Part shown: piece after piece, positions 12,863 through 26,000 of the stretch
How positions within the stretch are numbered: position 1 is the first letter of the stretch
Layout of the letters: every line of letters starts with the position of its first letter
NCBI GenBank assembly: GCA_051362555.1
Contig: CM120642.1
Location: 33,046,001-33,110,000, forward strand
Reading direction: 5' to 3'
DNA length: 64,000 nucleotides
From: Lingula anatina
Lineage: Eukaryota; Animalia; Brachiopoda
Program-made: the position numbers and the translations under genes
Notes under the pieces: generated by a model
The model's database searches: none
Told to the model about the DNA's origin: nothing
The model's input: the letters and a program-made list of their open reading frames with translations, nothing else

Positions 12863-13136
12863 CAGGGGCAGATCCAAGATAATTTGAAGGGGGTCCACAG
12901 ATGCGAGGCCAACCCTCCCCCCTCTCTTGACGTGGGTTTCGGGGCCCGGTGAAGGGCCTCGGAAATTTTAGTATTTTAGAGGGTGAACGGTGCCCTTTGG
13001 TATGGTTTAGAACTACGACTCAGCTAGTCAAAATTATAATTTCAAGAAGGCAACATTAGTGGGATTTTGTCAGAAAGCGAAGGGGGGGGGGGGTCAGGAC
13101 CCCCCCCTCCTGACTCCCACCCTAAATCCTCCACTG
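12863..13136 (+). mobile_element. hAT-like MITE family B copy 2, 5-bp TSD
   Basis: CAGGGGCAGATCC ... CCCTAAATCCTCCACTG, flanked by AGAAC on both sides (12858-12862, 13137-13141). Confidence 0.75.
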
Positions 13137-14970
13137 AGAACTATATCCAGCCCAATACCTGCCACGCAGCCGTGATAACACCGATCGCGAGCGTCATCTT
13201 TGCTTTCGAAATCTTTAGACAATTATTTGTTTTTTGAAGGTCATGCATAATACCATGAAGTACAAATAGTTAATTTTGGCGAAATAAAACGCAACTGTTG
13301 TTTCAAGTTGAAAAAGAAAGCGCTTCCTAAACAAATACCCTCTACCAGGGCCACCGAAATATTTTTATTAGATATTCACAGATATTTCTTTATCTAATTC
13401 GTGAACACTTCTATACTGAGCAAAATCTTTGCCCGGATTTAGATTTCAGAAAACGTGGCTATTTCCCAGCTGATCTCTGGTGGAGAGGAACCGAAATGCG
13501 TCTCACCTAACGCATCACGAATAGATGCAATGCTGCAACTGAAGCGAATCGAAATGATTTCATGCGCGATGTAAAAAGATCTGCTCCGTGTCGTTTCTTT
13601 AAATATCTTATCTGGGCTTTTTCTATTTTTTTTATAAGAAACATCCTGTTGCAAAGATTTCATAACGTTTTAGTTTTCTTTTGATGTAAAACAAAAGTCT
13701 ATGCATTACCAAAGGCTAACACCTCATAAAATCTCAAATAGATTTTAAAAAAATTATTTGTCGAAAATCTCTTGGGGTGGGTGGGTTGGTGGGTGGGGAG
13801 GGGGGGGGGGCAATGTTCAACCCCTGCAGCCCTGATTATATCTAGTAATATAAATTGATGCAAAGGAAACGAGCAGTTACATACATACCTACATCAAAGG
13901 CGGCGTCACTATACATCTACCTTTTCCTCATGTAATGGCATGGTGAGCGACAGGGCATAGTTGGACACATTACAACATCAATCATTTCACTGCTTAATGT
14001 TATATAGGTGAGTGAAAGGTATGTTATTATTACAACTTTCAGGTGAATGCCGCGGGACCCAATTGCACTGATTTCGCGGAAACATATTAACTCACCATCA
14101 AACCATCTATATAATATAACGTGACGCTTTGGAATAAGCCTATTATTAAAGTTATTTATCAAGTGTGCCTCCAAAATTTTGTAAAGTCATGGTTGAGACA
14201 CGTGATGAGACTGCACAAATGGCTGCACACTTCTTGGAAGTGACCATAAGTATGACTGCTACTTGTAAAAAAAGTAAAAGACACTCTAATGTATTTTATA
14301 ATGATAAATACATAGCTCACACAATAAATGTGCCATTTAACCGGTAAAAGCAATTTTCCCTTATGCAAGTATCTTTGTTCGACCCTCACCTTGACTTTTT
14401 AAACCATTTCTTATAGAATAATTTAGTTCTAGATGTCTAGCCATATATCGAGACCTCCATTGTCTTCCTAGCGTGGCATTTTCGAAGTAAATACGACAGC
14501 AAGAACTTTTTTTAATTTTGGATTTTATGATTTTAATGTCTGAATTGGGAAAGATAAGTAAGCAGATGAGATGCATTTCTTTCTTAAATGCAGCAATCAT
14601 GAAGTCGACAGAAAATCACTCTTTGTAAATAAGGTAATGTTAAAGTGAAGATGATTATTGTCAAAATAAGTGGTCTTATCCAGTTACTTGTATAATGCGT
14701 GTTGTATAACAATAATAACACTTTTTTCTTTATAGTAGTTAGAGAGCCTTTAAATGTATAAACTTCCACGTGAAAATAATAATATTATTATTATTATAAC
14801 GGACATGTATGAGACTGTCTGGACACCTGGACAATCTACTGTGCAAAAATGACATTGTGTCCAAAAATAGTACATCCTGTCTGCGACATGCAGCCTGTGG
14901 TCATTTGTGCACCGTAATAACCAGTTTTTGGGTACATCCTGGTTCTTTTGGCCACTTAGGTAACTGCTTA

Positions 14971-15021
<51 letters not shown>

Positions 15022-16389
15022 GTGACAGGCACCTACAGCAGATTCAATCCTCATACATTCTCTCGGTGTCTGCATACATAACTGACCTTCTTCTTCGTGA
15101 CATTGAATCTTTTTGGTCCACATAACTCAGTGTCACACTGACAGCGGCGATGTCTCTACTTAATAGAATCCTGTTTTTTTTTTTTTTTTTCATAGATACT
15201 TCCCATGCTCTACCTTTGTCTTGATTGGCATTGGTCATGTCTGGACAAAATGAAAAAAAAAATACTGACCATAGCTTAAGAATAACATAACCAAATTAAA
15301 GTCGTGTGACATCTTTTTAAAATTTGTCAAGCGTGAAGAAGACGATTCACAGACCCCTACCCCCCCACCCCCTTACACAATGTTGCCACCTTCATTCAAC
15401 AGAAACTGACAAGACGCTCAACGTCTCTCTGTGTCAATTCTACAACGATCAGGAATTTTTCGTTTGTGGAACGTCCCTCTGTTCCTTAAGGCCTCCAACG
15501 GCGACATGGTCAGTTTTAAGGAGGCAAGGGTCGCCTTCCTGCTTTTAAAAAAGGGGTTTTAAAATATACAGTGCGTTAAAGTTCCCGTCCTTTTTCGTGA
15601 ACAGGAAAATCATGTTCTTTCCACAGATAATGGACATGTCTATATATAAAGTTTGGACACCTGGCAAATTCACTGTTACATAAGCTTAAGCAGTAGGCGA
15701 CATGAGCATGACGATGTCTCACGACAGGTACTCATTTGTCAAGTGACATGCAGAAGCTCTAATATCAAAGAACAATACTACCAATACACGTCTACCGAGT
15801 TGATTTATACGAGTAATTTACGTAACTACACCACGTACAGTAGCTATGTCCCTGGCATGTTAAATCTAAGTAAATGTCTCAGTAACAATTAGTGGGGTTA
15901 TTTCTTGTCAGACATCAGGAACGTTTCTTTGGAAATCGGGGGGGGGTTTCCACATCAACTGCAATTGAATAGAATCTGAGCGTGTTGTGTCACTCCTTTC
16001 ATGGAGCGTTTGCCATGGGATCAATAAATATATATTCATTGTTTATTAATATCTGTTAATATCCGTTGTCAGTTCCTTGTGGAGGTATACTTAACATGCA
16101 AACGAAGGACTACTGGGTACGCACGTCTGGTTACTCTAGAGGAATCATTTAGGCCTACTCTTGAGTCCTTCGCCAACAATTATATGGTATATAGTCCAAT
16201 TATAAAGTTCATTGAAATGTATTAAAATGGAATGCGCTATACAAGATATCAATGCTGTTATTATTGTTATGTAATTATATGGATCATTATTTTTTATTGT
16301 AATTTACAATAATTCTTTAATTAATTATTACAATAATAATAATTCATTTCGTCGTTACATGGTCGCTATTACTGTTACAGCGTAGCCCC

Positions 16390-16781
16390 TATATTTATTT
16401 ACCACAAGAGGGGCAACAAATACTGCGGTACTTGAACTCGACTCTTTTCCACTCCTCAACAAAATCAAGATAACAAACTGAGCTGCGTGGTTTCTGTTGT
16501 ATTACTATCACATCAATACCACTTGTCAATAACGACGTAGCCTACGCACCCCAAAAAATGAATAAAAATTTATTATATATTTAATGAATAAAAAATTATT
16601 ATTAATTTTATATATATTTATTTACCACAAGAGGGGCAACAAATACTGCGGTACTTGAACTCGACTCTTTTCCACTCCTCAACAAAATCAAGATAACAAA
16701 CTGAGCTGCGTGGTTTCTGTTGTATTACTATCACATCAATACCACTTGTCAATAACGACGTAGCCTACGCACCCCAAAAAA
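16390..16781. repeat. Direct duplication of ~169 bp, apparently identical copies
   Basis: 16390-16558 repeated at 16613-16781 (offset 223) with an AT-rich spacer. Confidence 0.9.
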
Positions 16782-17499
16782 TAAATAAAATTGCGGATAT
16801 TGATCTGCCCACAGTGTTTTTTATGAGATACGGGCTAAAAACTGAGTCAACACGCAATAGAAATCAATTATTCTTCCAGTGCTGGTACTTGTTTCATTCA
16901 CTTGACTTAAGGGGTTCGTGGAATTTGGGCCATGTGACCCAGATACCCCCTAACGGGGTCACAGAGTGATTTCTTTCATTAATTAAATATTCACAAACAT
17001 TTCTGCGGCAAATTCTGTGCATTCTTCAGTACCAAAAAAAAGGGTGAAAAGACGCCATCCCCACCCTGCCCTCTTATAAAGAGCAAGTACTAGACTGGAC
17101 ACACGTAGACAATGTGTTTAGTGATGCTTTAAAAATAAAGAATTGTAAAAGTACCAGCCCAGCTCAAACTGCGCCGCAGACGGCGTCACATATGTTGAAC
17201 TGCATGGAACGGCTCTACCCAACCACTCTCCAACCACGTGCCCTTTTTATTATTGTTTATAAATAGGTCATATAATTTCAAGCAGCCCTAAAACTAAGAT
17301 CAGATTGGAATCCAAACAGGGTAAAAATTTCAAATATTACTAAATTTCCCAAGCATACGAGTTTTAGCTTTTAATTTAAAAGTACGGCATATTAATAAAT
17401 TAATTCACAGAGACCATGAATTAACATAAGATGCTATTTTTATTAGCGACATGGCACAGCTGAAATCCGTTTTGCTTTGTCTCTGTCCGCCGCCGTCTG

Positions 17500-17691
17500 T
17501 AAAGGCGGGTGTGTCATGCGGCGAAGAAGGAGTGATCACGTGCGAGGCACCACATTGTCCAATCAGAAGCCTAGGAGTGCCGTAATTTATTTAGATCAAG
17601 CGACGTCATAAGGTATTTCCTTCAGCAGTCTTTTCATTTATTACGAGTCGCCCTAACGAAGAAGTAACGCGGTGAGAAGGAACTGAGATCG
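17500..17691 (+). promoter_or_regulatory. Glutamine synthetase promoter and non-coding exon 1
   Basis: CpG-rich patch; E-box CACGTG 17537-17542, CCAATCAG 17559-17566, CRE-like CGACGTCA 17601-17608; strong donor G|GTGAGT at 17691/17692; next acceptor at 20045 lies 10 nt before the ATG. Confidence 0.6.
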
Positions 17692-18173
17692 GTGAGTACA
17701 TGCTTATTTTACCTAAATTAAGAGTCAGATAGTTGAAATATTTGAACTTTGATTCATCATTTCGATTTCATTCGAATGGGGGGTCTCCCTTTACGCTTTA
17801 GATTTTTGACCCTATTTCAATTGCTAAGGAACCTCTATGACACACATATAAACAGTAAAACGAAACCGTGAGATAGAGCATTTCATGTTCGGTGATTCAC
17901 AAAAGTTAGAAACTATTCACTGTTAATAAGCGATACACGCTGAAATTCATCTTGTGCTTGGAAACTAATATTCACATTAAGAGTAAGTAATTGCGGAATT
18001 CCAGTCAGAAATAGTTATAATTTTGTCAAAAAAGATTCATAACAAAATATTGGTATATGATTGCTGCTTTCTTGAATTAAAAGTGCAATAAAAAAGCATT
18101 ATTAGTATCCTCGGTGAAATCGTTCTTCAGCTAAACATGTTTTTTTTTATGTGTGTGTGTGTATACATTCCCT

Positions 18174-18302
18174 GTATGATGCAATGTTCTGAAGGAAACT
18201 AATATGGTAAACCTCGTTTTGTGTGGAACTTCAGTATGACGCAATGTTACGTGGGAGGGTTTTAGCTAGCTAATAAGTACTGGTGTGGAGGGAATTACAT
18301 CA
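18174..18302. promoter_or_regulatory. Cluster of three C/EBP-ATF composite (CARE/AARE-type) sites in intron 1
   Basis: TGATGCAAT 18177-18185, TGACGCAAT 18237-18245, ATTACATCA (reverse TGATGTAAT) 18294-18302. Confidence 0.45.
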
Positions 18303-19390
18303 TCCTTAATATATAATTACACGTACCGACGGGAGGAGATATTTTCAACTGTTAGCTACTCACAAAGAAGGCAGCTGAAAAGGTAATAATCGTCTTTAAT
18401 ATTTTCTCAGTCATTTTCTGAAGCTGTCATACGGTATCACGGCAGAAAAGATATACTTGACGAAAATGTTGTCATGGTATGAAAGTCTCATTATGTATAA
18501 TGACATGGTCTGGTTCTCACAGATATTATTATCTATTGTGTACTTTCAGTTGTATTCTAAGCTGTAGTGGTCAGTTTTGTTCTCTGCACTGTAACTGATT
18601 GCCCTTGCTTTCAATGTCAGATGCATCTGCTGTATATCGCTATACATGTTTAGAATAGAAAGTAATGTGGTTTTTATAACAGGGTCGCGTGTGCATCATC
18701 TGTAGTTAGAACATATGGAGTCGTATAAATTTGCAGTTCTTTCGCTTAAGTAAAGGGAAGATTCAAAATCTTTGGTTTGTACTAGATCTTTACTGGGAAT
18801 TTGATATCCCATACTTATTTTATTTGAGCAGGTATTTTAGGGTGTTTTGCACAAATGTGACTGTTGAATGAATTGTCATTTGTTGTTGTTAATATTGTCA
18901 AAAATTAAAACTGACCCAGGCTATGATTTCCCTGAAGTTTTGAGGTCATAAAATCATATGGATGCGTGCTCATTCCCATTGAAACTAATGGTCTATGTCG
19001 ATCCATCCAATTCCACTGGGACTCTAGCAGACTACAATCAGTTTAAGAGATTAACAATCTTCTTGTTTTCAACATACTTATACAAAAGCAGACTTATCTG
19101 TATTCTGCTCTAAACCAGGAGATAGAATTGTGCTCTGAATGTATAATTTGTAAAATCCTGTCTGCAATGAGGGAAACACAGACACATTAAAAAAAAAGCT
19201 GACAGTACCTGTCACTTAAGAGAAATAACATACTTAGTGCAGGGTAAGTCTTGTTTTCCTCCACATTTCCACGTTTTTTTGTCAAGGGTAATTTACTAGG
19301 TCACAGTTGATAAATGGAGGTTAAAATGACCACTGTGCACTTTTAGGCTCAAATCAAGACCATGCTTGATGGGAGGGGCCTAACCTTTTT

Positions 19391-19503
19391 GTGGGTGGAG
19401 CTATGTCCAAATATGGTGTGTTACATAACACGTTTACCAGTGGACCACAAATGTGGGTGGAGTTATGTCTAAATATAGCATGTAACACATCCTGTTTACC
19501 AGT
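19391..19503. repeat. Tandem duplication, ~62-bp unit x2
   Basis: GTGGGTGGAG(C/T)TATGTC(C/T)AAATAT...GTTTACCAGT twice. Confidence 0.75.
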
Positions 19504-20055
19504 CCAGGGTATATTTATAGGAAGTCCAGTAGAGGTAAACTCAAATGCACTTTATCGTACTGGTCAGTGTTGTGAAGAAATGCGCTTTGGAGCTACTAGG
19601 TAAGCAACATATTGGAAGAAGTTGAAACACGAGGTTGACTTTGCTTGGTTGTCAAATGTAGGGAAAGTTTTAATTGTTTATTACCCCTGTCAAGGAGGAA
19701 AAAGTTTTGGCCTATGTTGGTTTCATTAGTTAAAGCTTAATTTTAAAAGTTATGAAGATTTTGACAAAAATTTCAGGATAGGTCAAAAATGGGCAGCTTA
19801 CTTAAAAAAATCACTTGGATTTTGGTGTTGGCATATGTAGGAAAGCCAGTTCATACCTCTAAGATTTCTGTTGAGTTTGATTTTCTGGTGCTTCGTGGTC
19901 ATCAACAACAGTCAAGTTTGAAACTCAGAATGGCCTATGAAGATTTTTCTTGGGAAGCTTTCCTCCATTGGGCTTAGAAGACTAAGGGATTAGGCCAATT
20001 GTTCTCAATGTTTATTTTGTTATGTGAATATTTGTTATATTTCAGATATCGCAGT

Positions 20056-23000
20056 ATGGCTCTTTCACTGACATCATCGGAGACGGACAAAAGCATCCTC
20101 CGTAACTACCTGAAGTTCTGCCCACAGCCAGATGATGCAGTACAGGTTATGTACGTATGGATAGATGGCACTGGGGAAGGTCTGAGAGCAAAGACCAAGA
20201 CGTTAGATTTTGAGCCCAAAGCTGCAGAAGGTATGTCCTCAATTGATTTATATTCATTGGTCTTACAGAAATGATTTATATTAATACCCCTATTCTGTGT
20301 GGGATTAATATCTGTCACGGATGATTTCCTTGACATTTTCTTTTCTGAGGCTGATTTTGATCCTTTAAATATTTACCACATACCATTAACTCATTACTTA
20401 TTAACTGGATCTATCTGGAAAGTGAATTAAGGCATCCCTGGCTCAAAATCCAGTTTGAACTGGCATGAATTGCTTTAAGTGGAAAGAAGTATAGAAATCA
20501 GTCATGTTTACAGGCATGAACCAAGGGAACAGCAAGCAACTTAATGTTTTGTTTACAGTCTTAAACACATGACACACAGGCTTTAAAGTCAACCTGGTTC
20601 AGTAGCTGGTTAGTGGTTTAGAAAAACCAGTGTCAATATTTAATTGGTCAGGTCAGGAAAGGGGAGGGGCAATTGTTGTCTAGATTTCTAATTGGTCAGA
20701 TTAGGAAAGGGGAGGGGCACTTGATGTCTAATTGGTCAGGTTAGGAAAGGGGAGGGGCACTTGCTGTCTTGATGTATATCAGCAATGAATCAAGTTATAC
20801 AAGCATTGATTATGTAAAGCAAGTCTTATAAAAGACCTGTCATCTTTGGGCCTATTTTGGACAGAAACCTTTTCCTTCTGTTAAACCTTGCACAGCAACT
20901 TTAGAAAGGGAACTGCTGTTATCTCATCAGTTGGTAGTCATTTGTTTAAGAACAGTAGATAATGACCAAATCAAACCCAAATATCAAATGTGGATCTTAC
21001 TGCAATTTGCCATGCATTTCATTCAACAAAAAAAAAAAAAAAAAAGGAATGAATGGACACAGCAGCTGTGCAGAAAGTTTGAACATTAAAGGTTAATCAA
21101 ACATTATGCAAAGCAAATACATCCAAAGATGAAAATATCAATGTGTGTTGGAGACTTGACTTTTTTTTTTATGCATTACAACACAGCACATTAACATTTC
21201 TTTAATGTTCTGACTTAAACCGTTAAACATGGTCGATATTAATTTACTTCTCTGAGGTGACATGTTTAACAAATACCTGTTATAGGAGGTTATAACTCTA
21301 GCTCCCCTTACTAAACTGAGCCTCCCTTCTAAGTGAATACAGATAGTTCAAAGTCAGACTTCAGCCAGTTTAGGTTGCTGTGAACACTGAAAATGTGGTA
21401 TGTGTAAACCCATGTGTAACAGCATGTTATGTTGATGTACCCCAGCCAGATATACTTGTATTTTTCCTGCTGAGCTGTTTTGATGTGGTCAGAGTTTTAG
21501 TCTGGACCTCCTTGTTATGAAAGTATTGTTCTTTGTAAATCGATCCAACTCTTTGGAGACTCTCACGAAATGCAATCAGGTGAACAGGTTAACATGCCTC
21601 TTCCTAGTGTTGAGTTAAATACAGAAAAGCTGGTGTCTATACGAATACATTGGAAACTAGGAGTGAGTTAATCTGATTGCATTTTACGAAAGCCCCTACA
21701 CAGTTGGATTAATCTATGAAGAAGGTTAGCTTCATTGGGAATGTATCCTGTAACTGATAACAAGTTCAACAATAGAACTATGTATTTTGAGTAGTACATG
21801 GTTCTCAGGCCTGTGCATTTATAGACATCTATATCCTGCTACAACAGGAACTATATTGTTTTACATAAAATAAAGCACCTATTTGTTTTATAAGTCGGGT
21901 CAGGAAGACATCTAAGATGTACAGATACACGTCAGCAATAAATTTCAGTTACACAAGCTTTGTTTGCGTGTACTAAACTAATTTAATATGTTAAATATTA
22001 ACAGAATAATGCAAAAATCCAGAGATCCATGTCTCCTTCAGAGACAGTAGAGATAGTAGAATTGATTCTTGGCTGTGCAAAGTTACTCTCAGATGTTATT
22101 TGTTTAATGAAGGACACTGTGGTGTGAAAGCCAGTGTTTGTGGCCTGTAAGGTTGCACGGCAGCAGTGTCCTGTATAGCATTTTACCAAAAACTTCACAG
22201 CTTACTGGCCATGCAGACCACCACTTCCATAAAAAATCTACTAGTTTGAATCAGAATTCACTGATCCGAATGAAAATTTTAAGTGATCTGGACATTTACC
22301 TGTATTGCATCAATATTTATAATGACAAGATCTTGATTTTTTTTTTTTTTTTTCAAAATTAAAATTTTAATTTGGAATCATGTTGGAATTAAACCAAAAG
22401 CTCTTTTGAAAACTTATAAATGGCCAAGTCAGACCACTAAATTCACACATCCTGAAATACCTGCTGGTTCAAACGGAAATTTTACTGGCTGGTGGCATAG
22501 GGACAGTGGATAATGTCAGAGACTGAAATAGTGTCTGGGATCTAATGTATTTCTTTGACACACTATAGAAACCTACCTACCATCCCTGTAAACTTTCAAA
22601 ATGTTTGTCTGCACATATAAAAGGCCACTATAAATACTTACTGCCTATTCTTAATGCTACATTGATGTTCAAGAGCCCATTTGTAAGGTGAACGTGCTTT
22701 TAATTTCACATGTTAACTAATGAAGTCGAGACATAACCGGTTTGACTGTCTCAGTTCTCTTGTTTTGAGACATGATGTCACTATATTTTTTCAAGATTTT
22801 TTGGTCCTAATGAAACATTTATAATTCAGTGGTTACTGCCAGAATCATCATAACAAGACAGCTTAAGAAGATGTACCATTTTCAGTAATGATATGCCAAA
22901 TATATATATGAAGTTTGACCATAAACCAAGTAAGTTTGCATTCAACCAAGGAATGATATCGTAGACGTCTACAATACAATTCCCTGATTTAGCACAGTTA

Positions 23001-26000
23001 TCAACATATAAAGTGTTGACTAAGAACAGGAAGTCAATGGTTTTATTGCAATTAAACCTGAAATCCTGACTAATTAGATGTTTGTCATCTCTCTGCTATG
23101 CCCCCCCCCTTCCCCCGTATCTCCACTGACTTCTGAGAACATGTAGATCAGATAAAGTGATGGAGTGATTACGACTCTCAAGAAGTTTAACTGTCATTTG
23201 TAAGGTCTTTTATGAGCATAATGACAGTCAGATTTTGAATGACGCACTAGCTGATGAAAAGATACATTAAATTTAAATTGTAGATCACTTGACGTGGGAT
23301 GCATTGATATATTAAAGAAGACATTACTTTATCACATTAAAGATGTTAATTAATCATTGAATATCTAAATAGCTCCTGTAAGTACATTATCATAAATTAA
23401 CGCTGACCACAGGGTCATTTTGAAGTACATTGAAGATCAATTGTTTTGGTGTTGAAATACTTGATGAAAGCACTCTTTTATTTCAAAATATATGAATTTT
23501 TTGCTAAAAAAAAAAGACTATTTTGCATAACACACCAGGTTGAATAGCATGGAAGTTCATGTACCTGCCATATACCAAATGTGTAAATTGCTGCATACCA
23601 TCTTTCAAATTTGTAATTGAACTGCATGTTTGGCAAGCACTAAAACTTGTCATGGAAAAAATTGTTGCTGAAATTGTATGGAAGATATGCAAATGATGTA
23701 TGTCTGGTTTGCAGACATATATCGCCAGGTATTTGAATACAGTCTGGTGACCTACAGGGACTGTTCTAGTTAAGGTTACCGAACCCCGTGTAGTCATGCA
23801 GGGTCTGCGTGATATTTGATCAAAAGGACCAATAACTCACGCTGGGAAAAAAAAGGGACAGACATAGTTTGTTAACACTGAAAACAATCTTCTTGGTGCA
23901 AAGTTTGGATTATTATCAGTTCATGATATTATAATGCTGGTCTGTAGTCTTGACATTGGCAAATTATCAAGCGAACTCGTGATGGATTTTGGCCAAATGT
24001 CCATTCTTTGAGAGGACAGTGGAAGCAATAGTGCGTCATTATTTTATAAATTCATGCTGCATGGTTTGGGCACGTCCTTACAAAGCCACAACTGGTCTTG
24101 TCCTTACAAACCTTTTGTGGAAATTGAAAAGCCATTGAAGGGGTGGTTTGGTGCTCAGCAACAACTTGGGCATGTTTTGCTCACTAAATATTATTTTGAG
24201 AAAAATGTGTTCTTGATGAACTTTGGAAATATGCGATGATTAAGCCCCGTCCACTAGAAGAGTAAACAAGTTTACTAAAAGAAAAAAAATTAACAACCTC
24301 AAGAATCAAAATGATAAATTCAGCCATAAATAGACTGCACACAGGCTGAAATAAACATCACAAAATGTTGTAATCAAATTGATTAACTGCTACTCTGGAA
24401 ACGTAATGTTTAAAATCCATCACTGCAAGCACACACACACATAAACCTGCAGTAGGACTTAAAGCGATAGACAAGTGAGGTATTTTCTATTAATATTAAG
24501 AGGAGATGCAGGCATGCCACTCTCGTGATATGTTGAGAAGGGGGGGAGGGGGGATTCGATTTAACTCTAAAAAAGTATTTGTTAAATCAAAACCATGTGT
24601 ATATTTAACAAATAAAAGGAATTAAATGGCTATGGGATTTGTCTCCGATTTGTCTACATACTGAAAATGAATTACGAAAAAAAATGAAAGATTCTGGATT
24701 CTTTTAAGGAGGTGTGGGGGGTAGGAAGGTTAACTGTGGCTGCTTAAAAAATGAAATAAGAAGATAAGTAATTCCAGAAAGATTAAGCTCCGTGCCCTCT
24801 GCAACTGTCCTGAATTGGCAGTGACATTGCACAGGTGTTGCTTGAGGCTAAGTGTGCCACGCATGATGCATGTGATTCAGGAAACCTCGCGTGATATGTG
24901 ATACACGTGAGCTATATAACTATCAGCCTAGTGGCGGAAGAATGTTCAAAAACGAAAAAAAATTTGACATATATCTGTGTGTCCATGTTATCAGTAATTT
25001 TTAAAAATTTTTTTTTCAAGAAATCCAAAGATTAATTTATTTCTACAGGCTGTATAGTTTGGATATAATTGGAGTTCTCTTATTTCATCAGCAATCATTT
25101 TATTACCAAAGAAATAACTGCTATATACAAAATACTTTCATTATGTTATTACAGTTATTATGTTGGATGGATTGTCACAAAAAAGATACTAGTGTATCTG
25201 TCAGTAATCAAGTCATACATGCAGCTCCATAAATGCTCTCACGTCTATTATCAGTGTTTTAATTATCAAATCCCATCTGTTTTTCCAATCACAAACTACT
25301 TTTATAGTTGAGTGTGTAGAAATACCTGGAAAATCACTTTGCAGGAAATATTTCTATACTGGTCATTTACGCTACATAGCTGTGCGTTTACAGATGGGTG
25401 ATTTATAAACCACCTACCATGTTTTCCATGCCTGGAATTTTACTTTATCCGCTTATGTTTTATTTTCTGCCTTAAAATACTAAATCTTCCGTAATGGCTG
25501 GTACAATACTTAATCTTTCCTTAATGGCTGACACTGCTTCATTCAGTTCCTTGGTTGAATTCCATTTACAGCAGGAAATAGCTTCTTGTTGCAGTCAATG
25601 TGTGTGTGTGTGTGTGTTACCTGTAGTATTAGGACTGTAATTTGTAGAAATTCTCTGAAGAAAATACCTGTGCTCTGATTAATGAACCCCCCCCCCCCCC
25701 GCCTCCCCCTTTTTTGGGGGGGGTTGGGTGGGGGGTTCGGTTAACTGTAACTTACGGTATTTTGAGATATGCAATATACGTGACAACAGAAAGGAAAATT
25801 TTATTGGTTAACAGATTTTAACAGAAACAATATTTGATTAAAATTTGTCAAATAAATCCATTGTCATGTGTTGTCATGAGGAGATGTATATTAATTGCAG
25901 AGTGTCCAGTATGGAACTTTGATGGGTCAAGTACATACCAGGCAGAGGGCTCCAACTCAGATATTTACCTCTACCCCGCCAGGCTGTTCAAGGATCCTTT

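Noticed and set aside
14972-15019. Long poly(A) as a retrocopy tail
   Set aside because: No upstream processed-gene or LINE/SINE similarity and no TSD recognised; homopolymers are common in this window.
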